From positions 186,001 through 250,000 of the forward strand of contig NW_026856964.1 of the NCBI RefSeq assembly GCF_026571515.1: a DNA stretch of 64,000 nt, written 5' to 3'. Shown here one piece after another: positions 11,756 to 25,100 of this stretch (the first letter of the stretch is position 1; each line of letters opens with the position of its first letter). The position numbers and the translations under genes were made by a program. Source of the DNA: Ruditapes philippinarum (Eukaryota). The notes beneath the pieces were generated by a model, which was given only the letters and a program-made list of their open reading frames with translations, was not told the origin of the DNA and made no database searches.

Positions 11756-12597
11756 AAAAAGAACAAAATCATCTTCGTACCAAAACACAGATTGTTTATA
11801 ATTACTCTTTGGTTATTCATCTTTAGGCTGTCCCTGCACAGCGGAGGTAATTGTTTAGGCTTTGAAAAAGCAAGAGATTATAAACGTGGCCAGGATATAG
11901 GTACGGGTTTGGGGCATTTAAATTTAACAGTTAATTTACTACCAAACATGTCCCTACAAGGGTAGGAGCTTAACAAAGGATTTCCTTGGCTCTAAGTCAA
12001 AGTCCGGCTATTTTCAGGTAATTTTGGAAACGGATGGGCAGTGGTTACAAATTATTAGTGAATGCAAATCAACACAATCAGTGATAGATGGTCATGTTGA
12101 ATCTATATAAGGTATCCGACTCCTCCTGTTAAAGGGCGCTTTCTGATGTTATGCTGACATTTGTTTGAACAATATAATCTTCAATAAGGTCTATTCGTTG
12201 CCATGGCAACCAGGGAGTTACGCTGATATACTAGACGTGAATAAAATTCAAAGCCGCACAATTGCCAGTGGCTACTGGAAGGAAATGTGAAGTAAACATA
12301 TCTGTAAGAAGAGCTTTTATAGCTGACTTATAAAATAACTTGATAACACCATATATACATGTATATAACGCATACAAACAAATTAATAAACCAAGTGTGT
12401 TAAAACAACCTGAGATTATGGCAAATATTGTTCATGAAATATATTTACATAAAAACAACAAAACAAAGCTGTGTTACAAAGTAAAAACTATGACTTTGCA
12501 AATTAGAGTCGCACAGACGGTAACTTTGAAATAGCTTACAAAACAATAAATCTAACCGATCAAACATATGGGGAACATACAAAGAAAAGCCGTTTAT

Positions 12598-12992
12598 AAC
12601 TACGAGTACGTCTACGAATATTTAGTCTTTTATGACTACGAGTCGTTATCTACGACTACGAGGAAGACCATGAAAATAACTTATAATTATACAACTTCGG
12701 ATACGACAACGGGCACGGTCTTCATTTAATACTTCACCGATAACTGAGGCAATTACCACGACTTCTAAAACTTCTACGACAACGATTATTCTAGTCGATA
12801 CTAGTAGTACGACTTGTAGACTACGAGTACGGTTACAAATACGACTTTTTCGACCACTAAGACTCGAATACCGGTACACTAAGAGCTTTGACAACGATTT
12901 CCACAACTGCGACTTGTACGACTACGACAACGGTTTAAATGACGATGCCAGCTACGACTACAGTGACTACGGGTACGACTTCGACGACGACT
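12598..12992. repeat. Degenerate (ACGACT)n simple repeat
   Basis: Recurring acgact/ctacga hexamers. Confidence 0.75.
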
Positions 12993-13219
12993 AAGTTTTT
13001 TTGCTGTTGGTCGAGCAATGCTTTTGTTTTGGACAAAGTGAACTTGACCTTTGACATACTGACCTTAAACTCATTAGTTATTTTCAATATCCGTATCAAA
13101 TATGAAGACAATAATAATAATGTTAGTATTGATCCGAATAATTTCTCAAGGCAAACAAATTCATACGTTAAGACAGAACACCTTTTTCCGAAAGTAGATG
13201 TACATATCCAACGTTTTCA

Positions 13220-13465
13220 CTGTATACGTTTCCAACAAATTATACGTCGTAAGCTGTATACGTTTTCGACAAACTATACGTCGTAAGCTGTATAAGTTTC
13301 AACAAACTATACTAGTACGTTGTAAGCTGTATAAGTTTCAACAAACTATACGTCGTAAGCTGTATACGATTTCAACAAACTATACGTTGTAAGCTGTATA
13401 CGATTTCAACAAACTATACGTCGTAAGCTGTATGTTTTTTAGCAAACTATACGTTGTAAGCTGCA
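13220..13465. repeat. 33-34-bp minisatellite, about 7 copies
   Basis: Unit aaactatacgtcgtaagctgtatacgatttcaac, head to tail with no spacers. Confidence 0.92.
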
Positions 13466-13467
13466 TA

Positions 13468-14490
13468 CTACGGTGTTCCGTTTGGACAATCGTATTTTTT
13501 TTATTTAGTCTGTACCCGCGATGCACGATGGTACGATGGTGAAAACACGATGGTACGATGATGAAAACGCGATGGCACGATTGTGAAATGTCGATGGCGC
13601 GATAGAACAATGATAAAAACCCGTACCATCGCGTTTTCACCATCGTACCATCGCGCTTTCACCGTCGTACCATCTCGTTTTTATCATCGTACCATCGCGA
13701 TTTGATCATCGTGCCATCGTATTCCGGTGGTCATGCGTAATGTATGCCTTCTCATTATTGAACCCCACACTTTTTTCTATTTGAGTATCTTTGAGATCTT
13801 AGTATCTAAAACATGAAAAAAGGCAATTGCTCAAAAATTTAAACAAATAAAGTTGCCATCCTTGTGCACTGTACATATGAGGTTTCAAGTTGATATCCTA
13901 AATACAGCAAAAGAAAAAATGCAGACATATATTAAGCATACATAAGCATATATTAAATAGTCTTTGAATTATATACAGTATATACAGTATAACGACATAA
14001 ATGGCAAATAAATGTACAGATAACAGGTTTTATTATTTATAACTCAAATTAAATAGTAAGTATTCAAAACCTGTTTTTACTATCTGCCTATCAGACCCTG
14101 ACATCATTCTGTATGTGTACTAGTTATACTGACCGAAACGCGATGGTACGATGGCACCATGGCGCGATGGTGGAAACGCGATGGTACGATGGTGAAAACG
14201 CGATGGCACGATGATGAAAACGCGATGGTACGATGATGAAAGCGCGATGGCACGATAGTGAAAACGCGATGGTACGATGGTGAAAAGGCTATGGTACGAT
14301 GTTGAAAACGCGGTGGTACGATGGGGAAAACGCTATGGTACGATGGTGAAAACGCTATAGTACAATGGTGAAAACACGATGGTGGGATGGTGAAAACGCG
14401 ATATAACATCGCATTTTCACCATAGTACCATCGTGCATGGTGGGTTAGGACGAAATAAAAAATCATGATTGTCCAAACGGAGCACCGTAG
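13468..14490. mobile_element. Foldback-type non-autonomous DNA transposon with long TIRs containing 22-bp repeat arrays; flanked by TA
   Basis: ta|ctacggtgttccgtttggacaatc ... gattgtccaaacggagcaccgtag|ta. Unit gatggtacgatggtgaaaacgc occurs in both orientations in each arm. Confidence 0.88.
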
Positions 14491-14799
14491 TATACAGTAC
14501 CTTAAAGTGCATTAATTTCCACAACACGTTGATCACCTTCCGCACAAAAGTGACCACATTGCACTTATTATTCACCAAGCTCTCGTTGTACCTCAGGATA
14601 AAAAGGAACAATAACAACAGCACAACAACAACAACATTTGCCGAGTTCCGGAGAACGTTTGTGCACCAATAACCATAGCGGTACAAAACAGTTTGTTTCT
14701 ACCTCTTGATCAAATGGGGAAACACATTTGCTGGGGATTTGGAAAGAATAACGAGAACGGAGAACAGAGTGACACATAATACGATGACACATGAAATCT

Positions 14800-17700
14800 G
14801 AGCTAAAATCTCGATTTTATGCAGTAAACTGTTAACTGTTAATAAATACGGTTTGTGATATTTAAGTATATATAATTACACAGGTGCGTGTTTATAACAT
14901 ATATATTTCGTAATTAATATAAAATGAAGACGTGAGTCTAAATGAAGATGAAATTACTTGTTGTTTCATTAAATCATAAATACATGTATATACATGAAAA
15001 TGCCCGTATTTCTCAGGAAAAAAAACCCATATTGTTTCCCATTCGTTCTTATAAGATAGTGATTGCAGTGATACAAACACTTTTGATAAACATGTATGTC
15101 CAGATGTCCAGAAATACAATACTCACACAGTACAGTAGCCATGCAAGGGAAGAAACGGGGATTGTATAAAAGTGTCCGTTCGTGCGTGCGTTCGTGATAA
15201 CAAACTGACATCTTCTGAAATCAGAATTACTCGACAATCTTTTTTTCTTAAATTTTCAGTTACATAAGTTGCCGATTTATTTCCCCCGTAATTGGTGAAG
15301 TGGGGTCGGAGAGCTATCCCCTACTGTACCTTACATTAATATTTCATGGCATATATCATCATAAATTTAAAACATTAAACGACAATCAACTTATTGTAGT
15401 GCCATTGTTGGAACGACTTAAAGAGAACATGAAGCAAAGACAAACTCCGACAATATCAAGTCAAATTTGACCATCGGAGCACGGAAAGAAACAAGGACAA
15501 TATACAACTCAATGTCTAAACCGTATAATTAACAAAATAGTGTAATAAATCTAGTTTCGGCAATCTTTTGACGAACTATTTAGTTAAGAAAAAATAATCC
15601 TCTCTAACAGCAGACGACACTATTTTGTAATGCTAGTATTTTGACGCTTGTAATTTCACGTAAAATGTTTATTAAACTTGACAAGGAAGAAGAAAATATC
15701 GGGTTACAATTAATTCAACTTACGAATAAAAACATAGGTATGTGAATAGAGTAAATAATACATTACTACAAATTTAAAATGAATGACGCTTTTTGAATGT
15801 TTAAAACTTAATACCCCTATATTTGGGAAAAGGATTTTTTTGTGTATAAGTTTTAAGGTAGGAAATTTATATATAATATTAATGTTTATGCTGTTTAATA
15901 ATATACATTTGTATAACTAAAAAAAAGAAAAAGAAAGAACAAAAACAAAAAAAAACAAAACTTTTTTTCAGAAAAAAAAAATTAACATAAGCCTAAATTA
16001 TTCTAGATTTAAGTATAATGTATAAATGTAATACTTTTAGCTGAAATTATTTGAAATTTTATGTTTACTAAAACCATAGGATTGTTAAAAGCGATGCGTG
16101 AGTGTGCTATAAAACAAAGAAAATTTATATGAATATAGTCACGTGGTACATTTTAGTTACAAATAATCGAACAAATAGATCTAATAGGTATAATAACGTC
16201 AGTTAAAATATCAGCATGAAAATTACAAGCCGGCGATTTTTGATTCTAAATGTACATTAATTTACATAATGACTGAAGCGTAATGTTAAATGTTTTCCTC
16301 ATTTAAACAGGATCTTATTATAATATAAAGATATAAATATTGTTTTGAATGAAATCGCAAATAAAACTGCATGACATTTCCTTGTTACTAGAAACCGAGC
16401 TCAAATTGCACTCACTCCGTATTATTATGTTGTACAAACAAGCCTCAATAGTTTGTTCCAGAAGATCCCAGCTCTGGGTCCATGACTTGCAAGCTCGAGA
16501 TCTCAAATTTTTACACTCTGCCTACGGGCGGCATTTTATCACTTTGTTTGGGTAAGTTTAAGTGCGTTGTGAACACATTGACACAATGTCATGCAAATGC
16601 AAAAGTCAGGCAAACAAAAAATCATTTTATTTAATCACGGCCTTATGTCTGACTCTCCATCTATGTTTACCCGTGGGTATACAATACAATGCTTTTATTG
16701 CATATTAAATGAAAGATCAACAAATCTTCGTAAAAAAAGGATATACTTTTCATTGATTTTTTTTCACAGCCGTCATATAGGGGCCTATTCCCGAAAATAT
16801 ATTCTCGTATAGTTGATATTTTTAAAGCTACTGCTTAAAATGCCAAAATATTAATAAAAAAGATAACTAAGATTTAAGATTTAAGAATAGTAAAAATATT
16901 CAAAATATAAGTCATAATTAACATGTTATGGGAGATTAATGACTTATTTTCCTGTACTTATCTCAATATTTCTATTGCTTGACTAATGGTAAGGGCTACA
17001 TTTAAATATTTTGACCTCATTTTTGGTAATTTAAGTGGATTGTAAGTGCAATTTGCAATGTGTAAATTGTTTCGTTTATTCACTTCACAATATTTAAGAT
17101 TTAAATACAATTTCAACCATTCCATGAAAATTAGCATACATTTGTGGGCGTGAAGCTTTGAAAACGTGATATAGACTATTCCTGAAAAATGAGGTATACA
17201 ACAAATGTTGATAATGTAATCCCGAAAACCTTATTATATCCCCAACACTTATAATTACACATGCATATTGATATTATAATATTCTCGAACACTTATTGAT
17301 TAGGTGTTCTTAGAAAATTAAAATACCATTTTATCGAACACTGCTGTTGGTAACAAGTTTTTTCGAAACCTTTGTGAATGGAACCTGAAAACGAAAATGA
17401 CGCTTTGAAGCGATTCTTTATGATTTTCATTTTTATTGGTTTTACATGTTTTAGCCATGACAAATCAAACGGAGCAGACGATAACAAGTTTTCAAAACAA
17501 ACATATATTTAAGTGGTTTTGAGCTCATCATTTTTTTTTCTATTTAAGCACAAAACATTTTTTTACATAACCTTCAAATAAAACAAACCGTATAGTTAAA
17601 TAAAGAGATCGATGAATACTTAAATGCAATATAAAATAATCGGGTCATTTATACGACAAAAATATTTTTTTCTGATGACACTATATATTACTGCATGGGT

Positions 17701-19090
17701 TGATTCTTTAATAACTTTGTAACAATGAGTAAGACGAAGGTCACAAAATTAAACACTTGCTTCAACAATTCTATGAAATCAATTAAGTGTCAACAATAAG
17801 AAATATTGATTAAATCGATTAACCATTATAGATTAAAATCGATCTTAAAGAAATTAAATGACATAGGCGGCACCTATGCAATTAAATGATCAGATCGTAT
17901 TTTTGTTCTGATTATATATTTCATGTTCATACGTTATACATTTTAAGGGGAATGATGGCCTATGGGTTATAGTTATATAGAAAGTGATTAATATAAGTTG
18001 CAAGAACTTGTTTCGCAATCGAGCTTTAATTAAATAAATGTGTTTAAACCAAACATTTAAGATATTTTAAAAAATCGCAACTAACAGTTAAGTGTTGCTA
18101 TGGACTTTGTTGCTATTGGTCTGCCACTTAACCTAGTGAACGTTGATTCGAGACCCGTTAAAGTACCAACCATGTTTCGTCATGTATTATTTGAGATACT
18201 GATTTTATTTGATGCAATTTGCATGACCAAGAATTATTGAATCCTTAAATTATTGCTTCATGTATATCCCTTTTTACTTTGTATTACATTTGTATGTCCG
18301 TTTTTTTTATTTCGTTTTCACGACGTACTTAATTTAGAGAACGAAAAACTGTTAAAGATTTGATGATGATAAGTTGGTCACGACATAAACGGGAAGTTCA
18401 CATTGATAAACCGTAATGTACAGCAAAAAAGAAAAAAATAACAATGAAAAGATAGTTTGGGTTACAAATTGAACATTGAAACCACACATTAATATATTAA
18501 TTCAAGGGCACATTAGCGTGGTTGAAGGAACACATACCTACGAATCGAGGTAAGTTTGTCGTTCGAACGGTGATATCTCGCTCCCACGACACAGTAAACT
18601 TACCTACAAAGGCACAGAAACCGGAAGTAATATGTGCTTGAAAGCGAAAGACATGGTACATATTAAATTGTATAGGCAGACATGGCGCAACCAATCTCAT
18701 TAAAATCATATCCTAACTGTCGCTCCACTACCTTACACTCGTACGTAGCAAAGAGTTATAACGGAGCGAAAACAATGATCTGATTTTAATGAGATTGTGG
18801 CGCAACAGAGATGAGATAAATGGAAAAGTATGACATGACAGTTAAAGTAATGAAATACAATATAGCTTTTAAGATATCATAATAAAATAGCGTGAATACT
18901 ACAGGTTTGGTATAACGTGATGGCCATTCAAAATGTCAGATGTATGACTATTACATTACATTCAAAGCTTCTATACACGTGTATCAGAAAAATGAAATAT
19001 GAAGAATGAAAATATAAATACAGTATGTTTAATGCTATGATAATGTTTACAATGAACCAGACATTTACCTAGAATTTCTTTTTATCGTTT
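14800..19090 (+). repeat. Upstream block of receptor copy A, duplicated collinearly at about 47690-54080 and partly at about 45645-46620
   Basis: Shared anchors: aagtcaaatttgacca (about 15459, 45858, 48178), agcagacga (about 15609, 46077, 48399), aataaaactgcatg (about 16360, 46170, 49397), ttctatgaaatcaat (about 17769, 53147). Confidence 0.85.
18692..18797. mobile_element. 106-bp MITE with 17-bp perfect TIRs and a 9-bp TSD (Mutator-like by TSD length)
   Basis: tggcgcaac|caatctcattaaaatca ... tgattttaatgagattg|tggcgcaac. The empty site (single tggcgcagc) is in the paralogous block at about 53782. Confidence 0.92.
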
Positions 19091-19117
19091 CAGGGAAACT
19101 GAACTAGACAGGGAAAT

Positions 19118-19178
19118 ATGTGGACCAGTGACTGTATTGCCTTCTTTATGCTAGTCGTTTCATGTCAAGGCCAGGGAG
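19118..19178 (+). CDS. Receptor A exon 1 (signal peptide MWTSDCIAFFMLVVSCQGQG)
   Basis: Acceptor at 19093, ATG at 19118, donor gtatta; conserved in copy B. Confidence 0.8.
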
Positions 19179-22100
19179 GTATTAAGATAGCTTTTAAGCA
19201 TCTGTAGATCTTCTTTTTAAACATTTTAATAATATGCTCATTTTTTCCAGTTAGGTGTACCCCTAAAACTAATCACCGCGCACGAATCAGATAAATTTTA
19301 AGAAGCCTAAAATAGTATTCTTTTTTTCAAATGTTTAAGAGTAACTTAGATATAGTGGCTGATTTGTGCCATTTCGGACCCGGATCGAGATTCAAGAAAT
19401 AAAACGGCGGGTACGCGGAGTAAAAACACTATTTAGCGGGGCGCGAAACGATGTTAAATGAAAGTATTAAGTCGAGCTTTTTAAGAATAATTTGGCGGGG
19501 GAGCCAACAACAACACGCGAATTAACGAGCAATAACAATAAATATTTCGCTTGCGGCCCCGCCTTATTACAATTTAATCTCGACTTTTCGACTCCGCGCC
19601 GCCGCTAATCAGCGTGTCTCGCTCCACGCCCTGGCCATTTTTTACTTTTTAATTCTCGACCTTTCACTTTGCGGGGCCGAGGGCGAGAGAGGCATTTGAG
19701 GGAGGTACAGCGCTAAAATCTAAACAATACTAATCCTCTATTTATTTCCGCTCTTGTATCATAGTTTGTGGACCTTTCTGTTGAAAATGTGTCAGAGTTA
19801 AATCGTATACGTCATAATTATATATTATACATGCACAGTGCGTTAACTGGAGTACAGGTATTAGTTACCTGCAGTCCAAAGCATACCCATTGATTTGGGT
19901 TTACTCACTGTGACGACAGAGAAAGGGATAGCGACAGAAATATCATATTCAAATGCTCGTTCATTGGTTACATTTTTTCTGGGGTTTCATATTGTGACAA
20001 CAGGGAACGTGTTTTTATATTTTTGCCTACTATAAAACAAAAAGACAAAGAAAAAAAGCAAATTTATACTCGGGGGCTGTGACCCCTCATACAAGTCAGA
20101 TAGCCTCGTTGTTTCGATGCTCTTTCTATTACATAACGACATAGAGTGGGAGAAGTTTATGTTATCTTTGATTGAATCATATAGGAAGTTTTAGTTAATA
20201 TAAGGGATGATTACACTTTATATGTTTTGGATACATCCTTGTAAAGTTCAAGCTAATGCATTTACCTATATATTGTAAGGTTCAAATATCTTGTCATCTT
20301 TTTCCGTTTGCTTATCTGAGTAGCATTAAAATATATATCTAAATATAATAACCTAATACAGAATTTTGACAAGTCGAATAACCAAAAAAAATAAATAACT
20401 GTACATGTATTTGTATCAGCTTATAAAAATCTCGCATCACAAGTATGTTATATATCAAATAATTGTCTATAAACGACAGTATAATCCGTAAAAATTATAA
20501 ATGAATTTCTAACTTTACCCTTATTTAAAAAGACATAATTTCTTAACTTGTGTGTGTGCGTGCAAGCGTGCGCGTGTGCGCGTGTGTTGTGGGTGAGTGG
20601 AGACTGGGGGAGGGGGGCTGTTGTGGTGATCTTCCCTGGCCTAATGGTTAACAGTGCTACCGTCTATTCACTTGCCCAAGAAGAATGTTGTAGGTTCAAT
20701 TACCGACATTGGCTTTGAATTATCTCAAAAAGGAAAGCTATCTAACTAACTTTCAATTTTTTATTGCTATGATTTTAATCTATTTCAAGTTTCCGTCGAT
20801 ACTTGTAAGGAAGTTTTCCTATCTCTTTATCATGCAATCTAGGAAGTGAAACGTTCATCGTATTATTTCTAGGTATTCTCAACAACAGTGTCCTGTGGGT
20901 AGCAAGTGATGGCTATCTCTATTTTAGTACACGACTACAGGAGTGGACAGAGGCCAAAATCACCCCGCAGGAATTTGGGCAGGTAGGAGAATTACTCGGA
21001 ATTTAATACTTATAATTTCTTTACTGAATATGCATATTGAGAAGAAACATCACTTCATATCGCCACCCAAACAATTACAGATAGAGACTTACTAAAACGG
21101 AACAACACAAATGGTGGAGGCAGCAAATGGGCGAAAAGATTTGGGTGGAGGGGACAGGTTTTAGAGAATTTTGAAGGTTGGCCAAAATAAGATAGGCCGG
21201 TAAAACATTTGAATGTTTACTATATAATGCAATTTGCCGTATGACATGAACTGGAGATGATCCTGAATATTATCAATATCTATATTATAAATTACAAGTT
21301 TTTGTATAATATATTTATATAAAATCTTAATTTTATATATTATATTTATTATTGTATTAACTATAACGATGACGAACAGTGACGGCGTTTTGGCATTTAT
21401 GAACATATTTACTTTTATGTCCAATGAGACCAGTTTTAAACAACCTGTTTAGAACTACTTTCGTGCAAACCGATGAACTACAAACTGCAAAATGTTACAT
21501 ACCGATCGGAAAATGCAGTTTCATTATTTCAGTGGCATAAAGCCTAAAACATACAAGATGCATTGAAATACAAATGTATATAATAAAGATGGTGCAAGCA
21601 ATAAACTATAGAATGCTTTATAAATTGGGTAAATTATTAAGACGAATTAGCAAACTTGATACAAAAATTATTATTTTTTATATCTAAATAGCCATAATAG
21701 ATCGAAAGCTCAAGAGTCATTTAATATAAATTGTTATTCTTTATATTTAAAAAGTCATAAAAGATCTATCTATATAGTCAATTCAGCTGAACCTGACAAT
21801 GAAAAATATAAGCAAAGTTTCACTTTAAGAGAAATAATAACAAAAGATGAATATTGGTTTCATTCGGTGACCGCCTGGGTGACTTTTTCTGTGGAAAACA
21901 GTGTAGAATGCTTACTGTTTGTGAACGTTGCTGTCACTTGTTAATCTGAACACCCGAGCATACGAAATAAAATCTATCTGTATTCCATTTGTCAAAGGAA
22001 ATATCTTTCTTGTATTATACAGTCAATTAAAAGTGTTGTCATTAAAGACGCAAGTTCAATTCATGGCATTGCCGGGGATATACCAACTCGACATCTTGTT

Positions 22101-25100
22101 ACCTCCGACACGGACAATAATTGGATTATACTCTTTGATCTTGATGCTAATGGGATAACATACTTTCATATAGGTACTTCTAAAGGTAAGGCTCCTGTAA
22201 TATTAATAGTTTTAAAATTTGCGCGAAAGTGTAGAATTGAATGTACATGTAATTTTTATGTCTCTTACCATTATTATCTAATATAAGAAATCATATGCAT
22301 CTATTTAAAAGCGGGTGAAAAACTACAACTACAAGTTGTATAATAAATAAAATGTTACAAACATCTGCACTCACATTTTTCATGTCTATCAATCCATAAT
22401 GCCTTAGAAATACTTTTATTTTTATTTCTCTATAGCATTTTAGTGTTGGTGTACTTCTAAAGTTTTAAAAAAAGTTGATATTGTGTCTTATGGTGCTTTT
22501 TGTATTAGGGGTTGAGTATTTTGTATGGAAGACAAAATAATACTTTGTTTTAATTTTGCTAGTTTTCTGTCAAGTAGTTTCAGAATTAGAACTACTTTCC
22601 TCAGGTAAAAAGCATATAAAATGCTCTAAAACCACTTTTTCAACAGTACACTACATGTTTGACCGTTCTAAAGAAGTATAGATTTAATATTTTCTGAGGC
22701 ATAATGTGCCTTTGAGACAAATATTATATATCTTGAAAGGTAAAGCGATGATTTCACACACGCGTTACCCATATAATCCAAAATGTAAGAAAGTTTGAAT
22801 AGTTTCTTTTAAATTTCACGTACATGTACTTTGTAATGATTTCTATCATCACAGACTTTAACATTAATGTGAACCTATTTGCGTGTTAGATTTTCAGTCT
22901 TCTGTTACAGATATAGGACATCTGGCAATAGACTGGTTAGGTAGAAACGTGTATTGGACGGACGCAGGGTTCGGTTGGATAGCTATGAAACATTTGCCAG
23001 AGAACATTACTCAAATAAATTCAGCTGATCAAAATTTTAGGGTCGTTGTGGACGAGTTCATAGAGAAGCCCACAGGGATAGTTGTACACCCGGAAAGATA
23101 GTAATTGCTACATATATTAACTTAGAATACAGTGCTTTATAAGCGCTTTGTTTACTAGAATTCCCGATTATTCATATTCGGACACCCAATAAGAAGGCCT
23201 TACTTTATCAGGCAAGGCTAAGGAAAAAAAAGAAAGAAGGGCGAGGCTCTGTCAACTTTGTTGTTCGTGTCGAGCCTGATAAATCTTATGAACTCATTTA
23301 CTTGTTTGGTATACTAGATATCATTTTTGAAATTTTGATATGCAATGCTTTAAATTTTAAAAATAAAAACCTGTCATGTCGCGTGTTAATATGACAATGC
23401 TCATATCTCTAAGAAATAGTCCCAAATGTATTAAGTCAATGTTTTCGATACATATTTTATCAGTTTCAAACTAGTAGGAGATAGAATATTCAATTCTCTT
23501 CATTATATTTCAAAATATATTGATGGGGTGTCTGATAAAGGTTCGTGTGACTGATAAAGCTAAACTTATCAGGTATAAATTTTATCAACGGAAATCAATT
23601 TAGTCATTTGATAAAATGAAAATATATATAGTATATGCATGTACATATCAATATGTTCTTGTCCTCTTTATAATTTCGTCAAACAGCTTTATGCATTCCA
23701 AGTAAGGAATTTATTAGCTCCTATAAATAGAAACAATGTGAATCTTAGGATTTAATGTACATTTTTAAGTGAATTAAATTAAGGACACTTATTGGTTTAC
23801 TTTAAATCTGAAAAAGGTGCTTTCTTTCTTATTAATCATGGACATAATGCTCTTTGTTCAATTTGTTGGATTGAATCAGTAACATATTCCGAAAGATTGG
23901 CTGTTGTAAAATGATTATTGTCCAATAAATGATTATGAAAAAAGTTTATGATACAATTTAAAAAGCAACATAGATTATTAAAAAAAAGACTGCCCCATTC
24001 TTTTTGAGAATTAAAAGTTATATATACATACTCTACGACATTTATAAAAAATACGTTAGTTTTGTGGATTATTGACCTATTTCATCGTAAAATATAGATT
24101 TTAACCCAATTTTTGCAAGTTGTGATTGAGCTATCTCAAATATTTTTACCTGCGTCATCTATTACCAGTTGAGCAACTTTGAATTAACGATTTATTTCCT
24201 ACTTAAAAATCTTTTATCAGAGAAATTAACACTCCAATCAGCATTTTTTACTGCGCTAATATTATAGGAAATTTATCTAAAGAAAAATATTTCGAGGCTT
24301 TTTGTTTTGGACTGACCACCGGCCAACTCCTAATAAACCAAAATAGAAACTCACTAAATCGTCCATGAGCCAGGAAAGAAAAAAATCAATAATATTGGCA
24401 GCCAAAGTATTGTAACGCCTACCAACCCACTGTACTTGACTCTCTAGATCACACGGGAAAGATTGTAGGTAATGTGATTACCCAAGATCGTAGAAGAACT
24501 ATTTTGAGATATTTCATATGTATTTGTCAAATGGAAATGGCAGAACGAATACTTTGTTTGACCGTATCCCAGGAACTAAACTAACTATTGGAATGGCGAG
24601 ATATATACGCGACGGTTATTACTAAACATTATGAAAAAATTACTATACACATAACTATTATTATCATTTGGGCTATTCTCTTGTCAACATGAAGATTACC
24701 TCATATTTAATATATTTTGCCTCCGATAATATGTAATCTGGATGAGCGTTGACATTGCCAAAATACATTTAAAAGAAAAATGGGAGAATGTGTGATTACT
24801 ATTTAAACCACAAATACATCAAAAATAGTATAGAACTAAGGCAATTTGATATCTGATTCAAGAATCGAGTTCCTTACATAATGAAAGTTACTGATCGGGG
24901 CAAACGTGGTCAATATATGTGACGTAATATAGTGATTTATATGCGCCTAAGTTCAGAATTCTAGCTCCTCATATGACGATTTGTTTTTTATTATACGAGT
25001 CATCATCGTGTGTTCTCTCAGCTTTATTTATAGATATTTAATAAGATAGTTGCATTTGAAGCTCTTTTGCATTTGAGACCAGAGAAATTCGTCCTCATTA

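Noticed and set aside
11608-11965. His/Ile/Met-rich ORFs (also 5514-5696, 12646-13286, 14104-14466, 54587-54910)
   Set aside because: They are translations of microsatellites or tandem repeats.
13220-14440. CRISPR-like look of the 34-bp and 22-bp arrays (also the 16-bp array at 61840-62350)
   Set aside because: Units are head to tail with no unique spacers, there are no cas genes, and the context is eukaryotic.
23099-23101. Apparent premature TAG after HPER in both copies
   Set aside because: TA|gtaatt is a phase-2 splice donor; TA joins the next exon's C to give Tyr (ERYFLFWTD).
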